A stretch of DNA of 64,000 bases from Bdellovibrionales bacterium (GCA_965200875.1 OZ241456.1:1120001-1184000); one strand, 5' to 3'; numbered from the stretch's first letter, positions 51,943 through 60,980 are shown. Notes: generated from the sequence alone by a model not told the origin. Numbers and translations: made by a program.

Positions 51943-54186
51943 ATGACTATCCAAACAACCGCTGAAATGCTCAGCAATATTTATGCCAGTAGCAAAAAGA
52001 ACCTTAATCAGGTAAAAAAATGGCACACTAAGCCTTTAACCCTGAGTGAGAAGATTTTGTTTTCCCACCTGCGTGAACCACACAAAAAACCAGAAACGAA
52101 TTTTTTACTCCTGCAACCGGATCGTGTTGCCATGCAAGATGTCACTGCCCAAATGGCACTTCTGCAATTTATGCTTTCTGGGAGAGAAAAATCCGCCGTG
52201 CCAGCCACGGTCCACTGTGATCACCTCATTCAAGCTTGGAAAGGCTCCCAACAGGATATGCAAAAATCCCTGGAGGAAAATAATGAAGTTTTTCAATTCC
52301 TTTCTTCTGCCTGTAGTCGTTTTCATATAGGTTTTTGGAAACCTGGTGCTGGTATTATTCATCAGGTGATTCTGGAAAATTACGCTTTCCCGGGCGGTTT
52401 GCTGATTGGAACAGACTCACATACCCCAAATGCTGGAGGACTGGGCATGTTGGCAATAGGTGTAGGGGGAGCAGATGCGGCCGATGTAATGGCAGGAATG
52501 CCTTGGGAAGTGAAAAAACCCGATATTACAGGTGTTCATTTAAAAGGAAAACTAAAAGGATGGGCTTCTCCCAAAGACATTATTTTAAAATTATTGGGAA
52601 TTTTAACTGTTAAAGGAGGCACCAATAAAATTATAGAATACTTCGGAGAAGGTTCTGCTTCTTTAAGCTGTACAGGAAAAGCCACTATTACCAACATGGG
52701 GGCGGAATTGGGAGCCACCTGCTCCGTATTTCCTTATGATTCTGCCATGTTGGAATATCTCACCGCTACTTATCGTGCCGATCAAGCAGAAGTTATTGAA
52801 AAGTATAAAGATCTGTTTCTTGCTGATGCTGAAGTGACAGCAGATCCTCACAAATATTATAATGAAGTCCTTGAAATTGACTTATCCACTTTGGAGCCTC
52901 AGCTGGCCGGCCCTCACTCCCCTGATGCTGTACGCCCCTTAAGTGAAATAAAACATATCCTTGAAAAAGAAAAATGGCCTGTCAAACTTTCTTCAGCCCT
53001 CATTGGTTCTTGTACCAATTCCTCTTACGAAGACATAGGCCGAGCCGCTCATGTAGCTCGTCAGGCACACTCAGCGGGATTCAAAATGCCCCAGCATTTT
53101 CTGGTAACTCCCGGTTCTGAACTCATTAGAAAAACCATAGAAAGAGACGGATACATAAAAGACTTTTCAGCCATTGGCGCACTTGTGCTGGCTAACGCCT
53201 GTGGCCCCTGTATTGGTCAATGGAAAAGAGAGGACTCCAAAAAAGGGCAGGTGAACACCATTTTAAATAGCTTTAACCGAAACTTTCGAGGCAGAAATGA
53301 CGCCAACCCGGAAACTCTTTCTTTTATCGCCAGCCCGGAAATCACCATTGCTTTGGGCCTTGCCGGACGATTGGATTTTAATCCTCAAACAGATTTTCTG
53401 GAAAGAGAAGGAAAAAAATTAAAATTACTACCGCCGAAATCAGATATTTTGCCAAAAAAAGGATTTTATCAGGAAAAGGAGAAAGGGTATGTTGCTCCAA
53501 AAGGCAAAGATATTCAAATTATTATAAGAGAGCCGTCAGAGAGATTACAGCTTTTAAAGCCTTTCCCTCCTTGGAACAAGGAAGATTTTAAAAATCTGTT
53601 CATCTTATGCAAAGCCAAGGGAAAATGCACAACAGACCATATTTCCCCGGCTGGATTTTGGCTCAGATACCGAGGACATTTGGATCGCATTTCTGATAAC
53701 CTATTATTGGGAGCGATAAACAGCTTCACCGAAGAAAGAGGCACAGGTCTGAATCAACTAACAGGAGAAAAACAACCTTTCTCCAAAATCGCCCGACACT
53801 ATAAATCACAAAACAAACCTTGGGCGATTATTGGTGACGAAAATTATGGTGAGGGAAGCAGTCGCGAACATGCGGCTATGACCCCTAAGTACTTAGGGGC
53901 CAAGGTGGTTATCGTAAAAAGTTTCGCGCGCATTCACGAGACCAATCTTAAAAAACAAGGGATTCTTCCTCTGGTTTTCACACAACCGAAAGACATAAAA
54001 AAACTAAAAGAAAAAGATCAGCTGGATATTTTGGATTTGGAAAATCTAAAACCAAACAGTCAACATAAAATATTGGTTCACCATGAAGACGGGTCTCAAG
54101 AGGAGTTTTTAGTTTCCCATTCCATGAACACAGATCAAATAAAATGGTTCCGGGCTGGTTCTGCTTTAAATCTCATCAGACAATAA
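51943..54186 (+). CDS. Aconitate hydratase (mitochondrial-type)
   Basis: DRVAMQD, HCDHLI, GTDSHT, IGSCTNSS, NACGPCIG, TTDHISPAG, NYGEGSSREHAA. Confidence 0.95.
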   Translation: MTIQTTAEMLSNIYASSKKNLNQVKKWHTKPLTLSEKILFSHLREPHKKPETNFLLLQPDRVAMQDVTAQMALLQFMLSGREKSAVPATVHCDHLIQAWKGSQQDMQKSLEENNEVFQFLSSACSRFHIGFWKPGAGIIHQVILENYAFPGGLLIGTDSHTPNAGGLGMLAIGVGGADAADVMAGMPWEVKKPDITGVHLKGKLKGWASPKDIILKLLGILTVKGGTNKIIEYFGEGSASLSCTGKATITNMGAELGATCSVFPYDSAMLEYLTATYRADQAEVIEKYKDLFLADAEVTADPHKYYNEVLEIDLSTLEPQLAGPHSPDAVRPLSEIKHILEKEKWPVKLSSALIGSCTNSSYEDIGRAAHVARQAHSAGFKMPQHFLVTPGSELIRKTIERDGYIKDFSAIGALVLANACGPCIGQWKREDSKKGQVNTILNSFNRNFRGRNDANPETLSFIASPEITIALGLAGRLDFNPQTDFLEREGKKLKLLPPKSDILPKKGFYQEKEKGYVAPKGKDIQIIIREPSERLQLLKPFPPWNKEDFKNLFILCKAKGKCTTDHISPAGFWLRYRGHLDRISDNLLLGAINSFTEERGTGLNQLTGEKQPFSKIARHYKSQNKPWAIIGDENYGEGSSREHAAMTPKYLGAKVVIVKSFARIHETNLKKQGILPLVFTQPKDIKKLKEKDQLDILDLENLKPNSQHKILVHHEDGSQEEFLVSHSMNTDQIKWFRAGSALNLIRQ

Positions 54187-54247
54187 ACAAAACTCTGTCA
54201 GCGAATTATTGAACATCTACAACAATGACACACAAATACTGGAATAG

Positions 54248-54511
54248 ACTTTTTGATTGGACCAACCTTAAAACAGAAGCCACAACTTTTATTGACAAAT
54301 CCGCAAAAGAAAAACGCATGGATCTCCTTTAAATGTGTCAAAGGAGGCCAGGGATTTGATAACTCGTCCTATTTTGTATATTTTAAAACATATCTGGCGA
54401 CTTGATGAATCAAAAGTGAAAGAGCTTTTTACGATAGGTCAGGGTCTTAGTTCCAGTGAGCGAGAGGCATTGATCGGTCGAGCAGTAGATTATATACGGC
54501 GATATGATCCA
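54248..54511 (+). pseudogene. Internal rpn fragment; left copy of a 264-bp direct repeat
   Basis: Matches 60435-60698 with 3 mismatches seen; carries the same KRMDLL-stop junction. Confidence 0.9.
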
Positions 54512-54742
54512 ATAATGGAATCCATATATCATATTTTTAATAAACTTCTTTCCTATTGGAATTTTATTAAAAAACGGTCTAAAAATGGCTTCTTGAAAGG
54601 AAAGAGGCCAGATTCTTTGTTCAATCATTGTACAACCATGTAAAGATTACACTAGTTGTTCTTAACAGTTTCAATTTTTTAACTTTTGAGTATAATCAGT
54701 CGGGACTGAATAATCAAATAAACCCAAACAAGGAGGTTACTA

Positions 54743-55402
54743 ATGAAATTAATAATTACTTTACTATTTTTAAGCTTAGGTGCTTTTAGTTATGGCCAGA
54801 ATGAGGCTGAACAATCTTCTAGAAAGGTGGAAAGTGACACTCCTATTGGTATTATGGCGACTATTTATGATTTGTATGGCCTGTATGACCGGGTCACTGG
54901 CTCTTCTTCATGTAATATAAATAATTATTTTAATGAATATAGATATAAAGAAAGGAAGGATATATTTAAGTGTGATTTGCAAGGAGCGGATATGCGAGAG
55001 GCGAATTTGAGTAATGCTACTTTGAATTTTTCGAATTTAATAGAGGCAAATTTGAGTTTTGCAAATTTACATAAGGCACATGCAGTAGGTTCAAATTTTT
55101 ATAAAGCAGATTTGACTGGTGCAGATTTGCGGGAAACGATATTGGTTGACGCAAATTTTTTAATGGCAGATTTGACTGGGGCGAATATGTCTGGGGCGGA
55201 TTTGCGTTTTTCAGGTTTTAAACTGGCGAATTTAACTGGGGTGAATCTGACTGGGGCGGATTTGCGTTTTGTGTATTTTAGTGACACGAATTTTACTGAT
55301 GTAAATATGAGCAATGCAAAAGTTGATCCAGACTTGGCGACTTTTTTAACTTCACAAGGTATAAGTGGTTTTATTGTTGTTGATGAGGAGGAAGGTAAAT
55401 AA
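54743..55402 (+). CDS. Secreted pentapeptide-repeat protein
   Basis: AAGGAGG SD, signal peptide, two-Cys cap, A(D/N)Lxx repeats, conserved C-terminus AKVDPDLATFLTSQGISGFIVV. Confidence 0.92.
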   Translation: MKLIITLLFLSLGAFSYGQNEAEQSSRKVESDTPIGIMATIYDLYGLYDRVTGSSSCNINNYFNEYRYKERKDIFKCDLQGADMREANLSNATLNFSNLIEANLSFANLHKAHAVGSNFYKADLTGADLRETILVDANFLMADLTGANMSGADLRFSGFKLANLTGVNLTGADLRFVYFSDTNFTDVNMSNAKVDPDLATFLTSQGISGFIVVDEEEGK

Positions 55403-55971
55403 TGAAATTAATAATTGCTTTACTTTTTTTAAGCTTAGGAGCTTTGAGCTATGGCCAGAATGAGGCTACCTGTAATATTGATAATTATCGAGACTATATT
55501 TATACACCCGGAAATCATCAGTGCGATTTGTTCAGGGCGGATTTGACTGGGGCGAATTTACAAGATGCAAATTTTACTGGGGCGAATTTGGGCGGGGCGA
55601 ATCTGACTGGGGCGAATTTGCGAAGGGCGAATTTGTCCAATGCGAATATAGCTGGGGCGATTTTGACCAATGCGGATTTGGAAGGGGCGAATTTGTCCAA
55701 TGCTAGGTTGATAATGGCGAATTTGGTATGGGGTAATTTGACTAATGCGAATATGTACGGGGCGAATTTGATAATGGCGGATTTGACTGGGGCGAATTTG
55801 TCCAATGCTAGTTTGATAATGGCGAATATGTACGGGACGAATTTGTACGATGCGGATTTGACAGGGGTAATTTTAACCTCTGCGAAAGTTAATCCGGCCT
55901 TGGCGACTTATTTAACTTCACAAGGTGTAAGTGGTTTTGTTGTTGTTGAATTTGAGAATTTGAGGAAATAG
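55402..55971 (+). CDS. Secreted pentapeptide-repeat protein
   Basis: Translationally coupled (TAATG); same signal peptide, Cys cap, repeats and C-terminal motif. Confidence 0.92.
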   Translation: MKLIIALLFLSLGALSYGQNEATCNIDNYRDYIYTPGNHQCDLFRADLTGANLQDANFTGANLGGANLTGANLRRANLSNANIAGAILTNADLEGANLSNARLIMANLVWGNLTNANMYGANLIMADLTGANLSNASLIMANMYGTNLYDADLTGVILTSAKVNPALATYLTSQGVSGFVVVEFENLRK

Positions 55972-56033
55972 AAGAATAAACACTTTACTGCCTCTTAGGC
56001 AGTAGAATGTCTACTACTCTCTTTTGGTTTGCG

Positions 56034-56063
56034 AAAAGCCTGTCTACCTCAGACGGGTTTTTT
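56034..56063 (+). terminator. Probable Rho-independent terminator; homologous copies at about 57003-57032, 58064-58093 and 59441-59472
   Basis: aaaagcctgtct-acctc-agacgggtttttt hairpin followed by a T-run after the gene. Confidence 0.75.
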
Positions 56064-56076
56064 CGTTTTCTGGAAA

Positions 56077-56233
56077 GGGAATCATAAGCAACCGGGGTCG
56101 GTTGTATATCGCGAAAGGGGGGTTACGGTTTTCCCCCGTCTCAAAACCCCCTTTTTATGCACTTATTCCCGCGGGAAAAGATGGAGACCCACCCACCGCG
56201 ATATATGATGCCCCCCTTTTCTTTATGATTCCC
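56077..56233. repeat. ~157-bp imperfect palindromic intergenic element, copy A
   Basis: Termini GGGAATCATAA / TTATGATTCCC; inner pairs TATATCGCG/CGCGATATA and TTTTCCC/GGGAAAA. Confidence 0.92.
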
Positions 56234-56340
56234 TATATATTTTTAATAGTCGTGTAAATATTTCACGGGCTTGTTTTTTTATTAAGTGTTTTTCATAAAC
56301 ACCTGTATTATGCAAATAAACCCAAACAAGGAGGTTACTA

Positions 56341-56934
56341 ATGAAATTAATAATTGCTTTATTGTTTTTAAGCTTAGGTGCTTTGAGCTATGGCCAGAAT
56401 GAGGCTAAGGCTACCTGTAATATTGATAATTATCGAGACTATATCTATACGCCAGGAGAGCATAAGTGCGATTTATCAGGGGCAGATTTTACCGATGCGG
56501 ATTTGACTAGGGCGAATTTGACTAGGGCGAATTTGACTAGGGCGAATTTGACTAGGGCGATTTTGACCAGGGCGAATTTGTACGGGGCGAATTTGTACGG
56601 GGCGGATTTGACTAGGGCGATTTTGGTTGAGGCGGATTTGAGATATGCGAATTTGTACGGGGCGAATTTGTACGGGGCGGATTTGACTAGGGCGATTTTG
56701 GTTGAGGCGGATTTGAGATATGCGAATTTGCGAGGGGCAACTTTGCGATGGGCAACTTTGCGATTGGCGAATTTGTACGGGGCGGATTTGTTCATAAGTA
56801 AATTTGGTATTAAAGGGGCATTTTTTTCTGGGGCGAAAGTTGATCGGTTCGCAGCGTATTTTTTATACCCACTAGGTATAAGGGATTTTGTTGTTATTGA
56901 AGACGACCCTGCAGAAAACATAATAAATGAATAA
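56341..56934 (+). CDS. Secreted pentapeptide-repeat protein
   Basis: Same leader and signal peptide; exact 15-bp (ANLTR) and 75-bp internal duplications. Confidence 0.92.
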   Translation: MKLIIALLFLSLGALSYGQNEAKATCNIDNYRDYIYTPGEHKCDLSGADFTDADLTRANLTRANLTRANLTRAILTRANLYGANLYGADLTRAILVEADLRYANLYGANLYGADLTRAILVEADLRYANLRGATLRWATLRLANLYGADLFISKFGIKGAFFSGAKVDRFAAYFLYPLGIRDFVVIEDDPAENIINE

Positions 56935-57044
56935 ACACTTTACTGTCTAGGAGGCAGATAATCTTCTACATTATAATTTTCATAACTTCCTTTGGTTAGA
57001 AGAAGCCTGTTTTAATCTCAGACGGGTTTTTTCGTTTTGAGAAA

Positions 57045-57201
57045 GGGAATCATAATCAACCGGGGTCGGTTGTATATCGCGAAAGGGGGGTTACGGTTTT
57101 CCCCCCGTCTCAAAACCCGCTTTTTATGCACTTATTCCCGCGGGAAAAGATGTGAACCCACCCTCCGCGATAGATGATGCCCCCCTTTTCTTTATGATTC
57201 C
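57045..57201. repeat. Palindromic element, copy B
   Basis: Near-identical to copy A. Confidence 0.92.
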
Positions 57202-57277
57202 ATTTATTTTTTATAGTTTTCGCCGATAATGTAAAAAGATAGGTGGATAATTAATTCACTTTAAAAAGGAGTATTTT

Positions 57278-58029
57278 ATGAAAACTATAATTGCTTTATT
57301 GTTTTTAAGCTTATGTTTTTTAGGTTGTGAGAAAAAAGATAGTGGTTCAAGTGGAGCAACCACCGCCGGTGCTGAAGCTGGCGCGGGATCAACCACCGCC
57401 GGTGCTGAAGCTGGCGCGGGATCAACCACCGCCGGTGCTAACCCTAGTGTAGTGGTTAACACAGCAGGTTCTGAAGCTGGAGTAAATGTTCAATCGGAAG
57501 CGGATGCTCCAGTGTGTAATATCTATAATTACAAAGAGTATATAAAAAAAAACGGAGAGCATAAGTGCGATTTGTCCGGTGCGAATTTGCACAGGGAGAT
57601 TTTGCAAGGCGCGAATTTGCAAGGCGCGAATTTGCAAGGCGCGAATTTGACAGAGGCGGATTTGGGCTATACGAATTTGAACCATGCGAATTTGAGCAAT
57701 GCGAATTTGAGCAATGCGAATCTGTACTGGGCGGATTTGCAAGATGCGAATTTGAGCAATGCGAATTTGAGTAATGCGAATTTGAGAGCGACGGATTTAC
57801 ACAGGTCGGATTTGAGCGGTGCGGATTTGAGCGGTGCGGATTTGAGAAGTGCGAATCTGTACTGGGCGGATTTGCAAGATGCGAATTTGAGCAATGCGAA
57901 TTTGGTTGAAACTATTTTGCGAGGGGTGAATTTCACCGGTGCGAATTTCACCGGTGCGAAAGTTAATCAGAGGTGGCGAATTATTTACTCTCAAAAGGTA
58001 TAGTCGGATATAAAATTGTCGAAGACTGA
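57278..58029 (+). CDS. Pentapeptide-repeat lipoprotein; 1-nt frameshift near 57968 (ORF as read stops at 58003)
   Basis: FLGC lipobox, 33-bp Gly/Ala/Thr linker repeats, Cys cap, ANL repeats; family-like tail EVANYLLSKGIVGYKIVED-stop lies in the shifted frame. Confidence 0.85.
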
Positions 58030-58106
58030 ATTGTATTTATTTTTCATAATTCCATTTGTTGTGAAAAGCCTCTGTATCTCAGACGGGCTTTTTCGTTTTT
58101 AGGAAA

Positions 58107-58261
58107 GGGAATCATAAGCAACCGGGTAGCTGTTATATATCGCTTTTAGGGGTGCACATTTTCCCCCCAGAATAGAGGCGTTTTTATGCAGTTATTTCCC
58201 AGAGGAAAACTGTGACCCACCCACCGCAATATATGATGCCCCCCTTTTCTTTATGATTCCC
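58107..58261. repeat. Palindromic element, copy C (divergent)
   Basis: Same termini; inner arms altered to GGGTGCACATTTTCC / GGAAAACTGTGACCC. Confidence 0.9.
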
Positions 58262-58337
58262 TTTTATTTTTTATAGTTTTCGCCTATAATGTAAAAAGAT
58301 AGGTGGATAATTAATTCACTTTAAAAAGGAGTATTTT

Positions 58338-58592
58338 ATGAAAACTATAATTATTATCTTTTGTCTTTTGTTGTCCATTGGAGCTTATGCTAGTGGGGAC
58401 ATGCAAACATTAAGGGACATGGATGCAATTCAACAGGAATACCAGCGCATACAATCAAATTTAAATGACCTTGATCGTCGGTTTAATCAGGCAATGCTAA
58501 AACTATATGACATGCAAAGTGAAAAAAGAAACCTTGAGCAAAATCTTAATCAATGTATTCAACAGCTTAACCGGCAAAATTCCCAGCAATAA
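58338..58592 (+). CDS. Small secreted Gln-rich coiled-coil protein
   Basis: Upstream leader and SD nearly identical to those of 57278; signal peptide ending AYA. Confidence 0.8.
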   Translation: MKTIIIIFCLLLSIGAYASGDMQTLRDMDAIQQEYQRIQSNLNDLDRRFNQAMLKLYDMQSEKRNLEQNLNQCIQQLNRQNSQQ

Positions 58593-58681
58593 AACTGGCG
58601 TTTTTTGGCACTTATTCCCGCGGGAAAAGATGTGAACCCACCCACCGCGATGTATGATGCCCCCCTTTTCTTTATGATTCC
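58593..58681. repeat. Palindromic element, copy D: right half only
   Basis: ...gcacttattcccgcgggaaaagatgtgaacccacccaccgcgatgtatgatgccccccttttctttatgattcc directly after the stop codon; no left arm or terminator. Confidence 0.9.
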
Positions 58682-58789
58682 TTTTATTTTTTTTACAGGC
58701 GTGTAAAGATTTCACAGTGCTATTTTTTTATTAGTGGTTTTTCATAAACACCTGTATTATGCAAATAAACCCGAAAAAGGAGGTCACTA

Positions 58790-59395
58790 ATGAAATTAAT
58801 AATTACTTTACTTTTTTTAAGCTTAGGTGCTTTGAGCTATGGCCATAGTCCAAAGCCCGCGCCATTTCCTGTTATGCTGTTCCAATTTGATTATTGGCTA
58901 TTCTCTGACTCTTCATGTGATATCGAGAATTATTTTGATGAATATAGATATAAGGAAAGGGCTGATATATTTAAGTGTGATTTGCAAGGAGCGGATTTGC
59001 GAGATGCGAATTTGAGTGATGCTACTTTGAATTTTTCGGATTTGGAAGATGTAATTTTAACCGATGCGAATTTGTACAAGTTACATGCAATAGGATCAAA
59101 GTTTAATAAAGCAGATTTGACTGGTGTAGATTTGCGTGAAGCGGTATTACAAAACGCGCTTTTGCTCTGGGCGAATTTGAGCAATGCGAATATGGCCGGG
59201 GCGAATTTGACTTTTGCGAGTTTTGCAGAGGCGAATTTGAGTGGTGCAAATTTTACAGGTGCGCTTTTGCGTAATGCGTATTTTGGAAATGCGAAATTTA
59301 TTAACGAGGCGATTTTTACCGATGCGAAAGTTGATCCGGATTTGGGTGCTTATTTAACCTCACATGGTGTAAGTGGTTTTATTGTTGTTGAATAA
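58790..59395 (+). CDS. Secreted pentapeptide-repeat protein
   Basis: Closest to 54743 (EYRYKERxDIFKCDLQGAD); conserved C-terminal motif. Confidence 0.92.
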   Translation: MKLIITLLFLSLGALSYGHSPKPAPFPVMLFQFDYWLFSDSSCDIENYFDEYRYKERADIFKCDLQGADLRDANLSDATLNFSDLEDVILTDANLYKLHAIGSKFNKADLTGVDLREAVLQNALLLWANLSNANMAGANLTFASFAEANLSGANFTGALLRNAYFGNAKFINEAIFTDAKVDPDLGAYLTSHGVSGFIVVE

Positions 59396-59485
59396 AATTA
59401 CTCTGATTTTTATATAATTTTCATAATTCCTTTTTTGGTGAAAAGCCTGGCCCATATCCTGTCGGGTTTTTTCGTTTTTAGGAAG

Positions 59486-59642
59486 GGGAATCATAATCAA
59501 CCGGGTGCGGTTGTATATCGCTAAGGGTGGGTGACCATTTTCCCCCCGTCTCAAAACCCCCTTTTTATGCACTTATTCCCGCGGGAAAAGATGGTGACCC
59601 ACCCTAGCGATGTAGATTGCCCACCCTCTCTTTATGATTCCC
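59486..59642. repeat. Palindromic element, copy E, adjacent to the recombinase
   Basis: Same termini; best arm symmetry (AGGGTGGGTGACCAT / ATGGTGACCCACCCT). Confidence 0.92.
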
Positions 59643-59649
59643 ATGATAT

Positions 59650-60178
59650 TTACTCCAGGCCGTTTCTGTCTGCCACCCGCAACACACTTGTTTTGTGCCA
59701 GCGTTTTCCCCACCTTGAGGGTTCGCCTTGTTCGTTTAAAGCATCGGCTATTTCCTGAAATGTCTTTCCCTGACGCCTTAGAAACTTAATGAATGGAATA
59801 ACCCGCTTGTCCTCTCTTTGGGCCTTAGTAAGCTTAGGTGGTGGTGGTGGTTCTTTCTTTGCCTTTTTCTTTTGTTCTTTTACAATAGCTTTGTGTTGTT
59901 TTTTATATTCTCTCCAATACCGGTGTAACCCCCGTCTCACAGCCGGGATATGATACCCAAGCTTTACACCTTGTCTCTTTTTCTCAGCCAGGGCCTCTTT
60001 GGTTCGCTTGGCTATTTGTTCACGCTCCCACCTGGCCATAACACCCATGAACCCGATTGTTTCACGGGTCGCCTCCGGCATATCACAGCACACAAATTTA
60101 ATAGCAGTGTTTTGCAACCAGCCGATAAAAGCCAAGTCACGGCTTAAGCGATCGAGCTTGGCCACAATCAAAGTGCAC
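59650..60178 (-). pseudogene. Serine recombinase (resolvase/invertase-like with C-terminal recombinase-type DNA-binding region), 5'-truncated
   Basis: TLIVAKLDRLSRD, EREQIAKRTKEALAEKKRQGVKLG, GKTFQEIADALNEQG...GKRWHKTSV; N-terminal YxRVS catalytic-Ser motif not found. Confidence 0.88.
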
Positions 60179-60324
60179 AATAAAGATAGCCTAGAACGAT
60201 TTTCTGTAAATACCTCTTTTTTTGACTCTTCCAAAGAAGTTCAGGAGATAAGTCTTCTTTAATTCCTGCCAAAACTCTTTTATTTTATTGACAAAAATCT
60301 TTTTATATTCCATTTTCCAGAGCT

Positions 60325-60980
60325 ATGAAAACAAAAAGAAATTTTTTACATGATCATTTATTCAAAGAAGTCTACTCGCAAACCAAATATTGTGTGGACA
60401 TATTAAGTCTTGTTCTCTCAAAAGAGGAAATGAAACTTTTTGATTGGACCAACCTTAAAACAGAAGCCACAACTTTTATTGACAAATCCGCAAAAGAAAA
60501 ACGCATGGATCTCCTTTAGATGTGTCAAATGAGGCCAGGGATTTGACAACTCGTCCTATTTTGTATATTTTAAAACATATCTGGCGACTTGATGAATCAA
60601 AAGTGAAAGAGCTTTTTACGATAGGTCAGGGTCTTAGTTCCAGTGAGCGAGAGGCATTGATCGGTCGAGCAGTAGATTATATACGGCGATATGATCCAGC
60701 ATTTAATTGGGAGATTGTAAAAGAGATTGAACAAGCCACAGTGAAAGAGGAGGGAAGAATTATGATGCCATTATTAAAATCTTCGTATGATGAAGCTAGG
60801 CAGGAAGGCATGCAACAAGGCCGTCAGGAAGGTATACAGGAAGGCATGCAACAAGGCCGTCAGGAAGGTCAAAAAGAGCTGATTGCAAAATTACTTAAAA
60901 CTGGAGTGGATTTGCAAGCTCTTTGTAAAGGTACAGGACTTTCCGAAGAAGAAATTAAAAAACTTAAAACTGACGACTAA
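60325..60980 (+). pseudogene. Rpn/YhgA-family gene with internal deletion and stop; small C-terminal ORF 60762-60980 intact
   Basis: N-terminal HDHLFKEVYS...FID...RMDLL-stop; C-terminal QEGMQQGRQEG repeats and GTGLSEEEIKKL; GAGGAGG upstream of ATG at 60762. Confidence 0.85.

Noticed and set aside
56288..56318. dif/pdif (XerCD) site in the type-1 leader (CATAA...TTATG)
   Set aside because: The central spacer is 9 bp rather than 6, and the XerD arm deviates from TTATGTTAAAT.
55099..59184. Minus-strand and alternate-frame ORFs over the pentapeptide genes (KFAxVKSA-type repeats)
   Set aside because: Stop-poor shadows of the 15-bp coding periodicity.
56077..59642. Classical integron attC sites or a CRISPR array
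   Set aside because: No RYYYAAC/GTTRRRY boundaries and no tyrosine integrase; the units are far too long and are separated by whole genes.
59650..60234. IS607-family transposase
   Set aside because: The DNA-binding region is C-terminal rather than an N-terminal MerR-like HTH, and no tnpB is adjacent.
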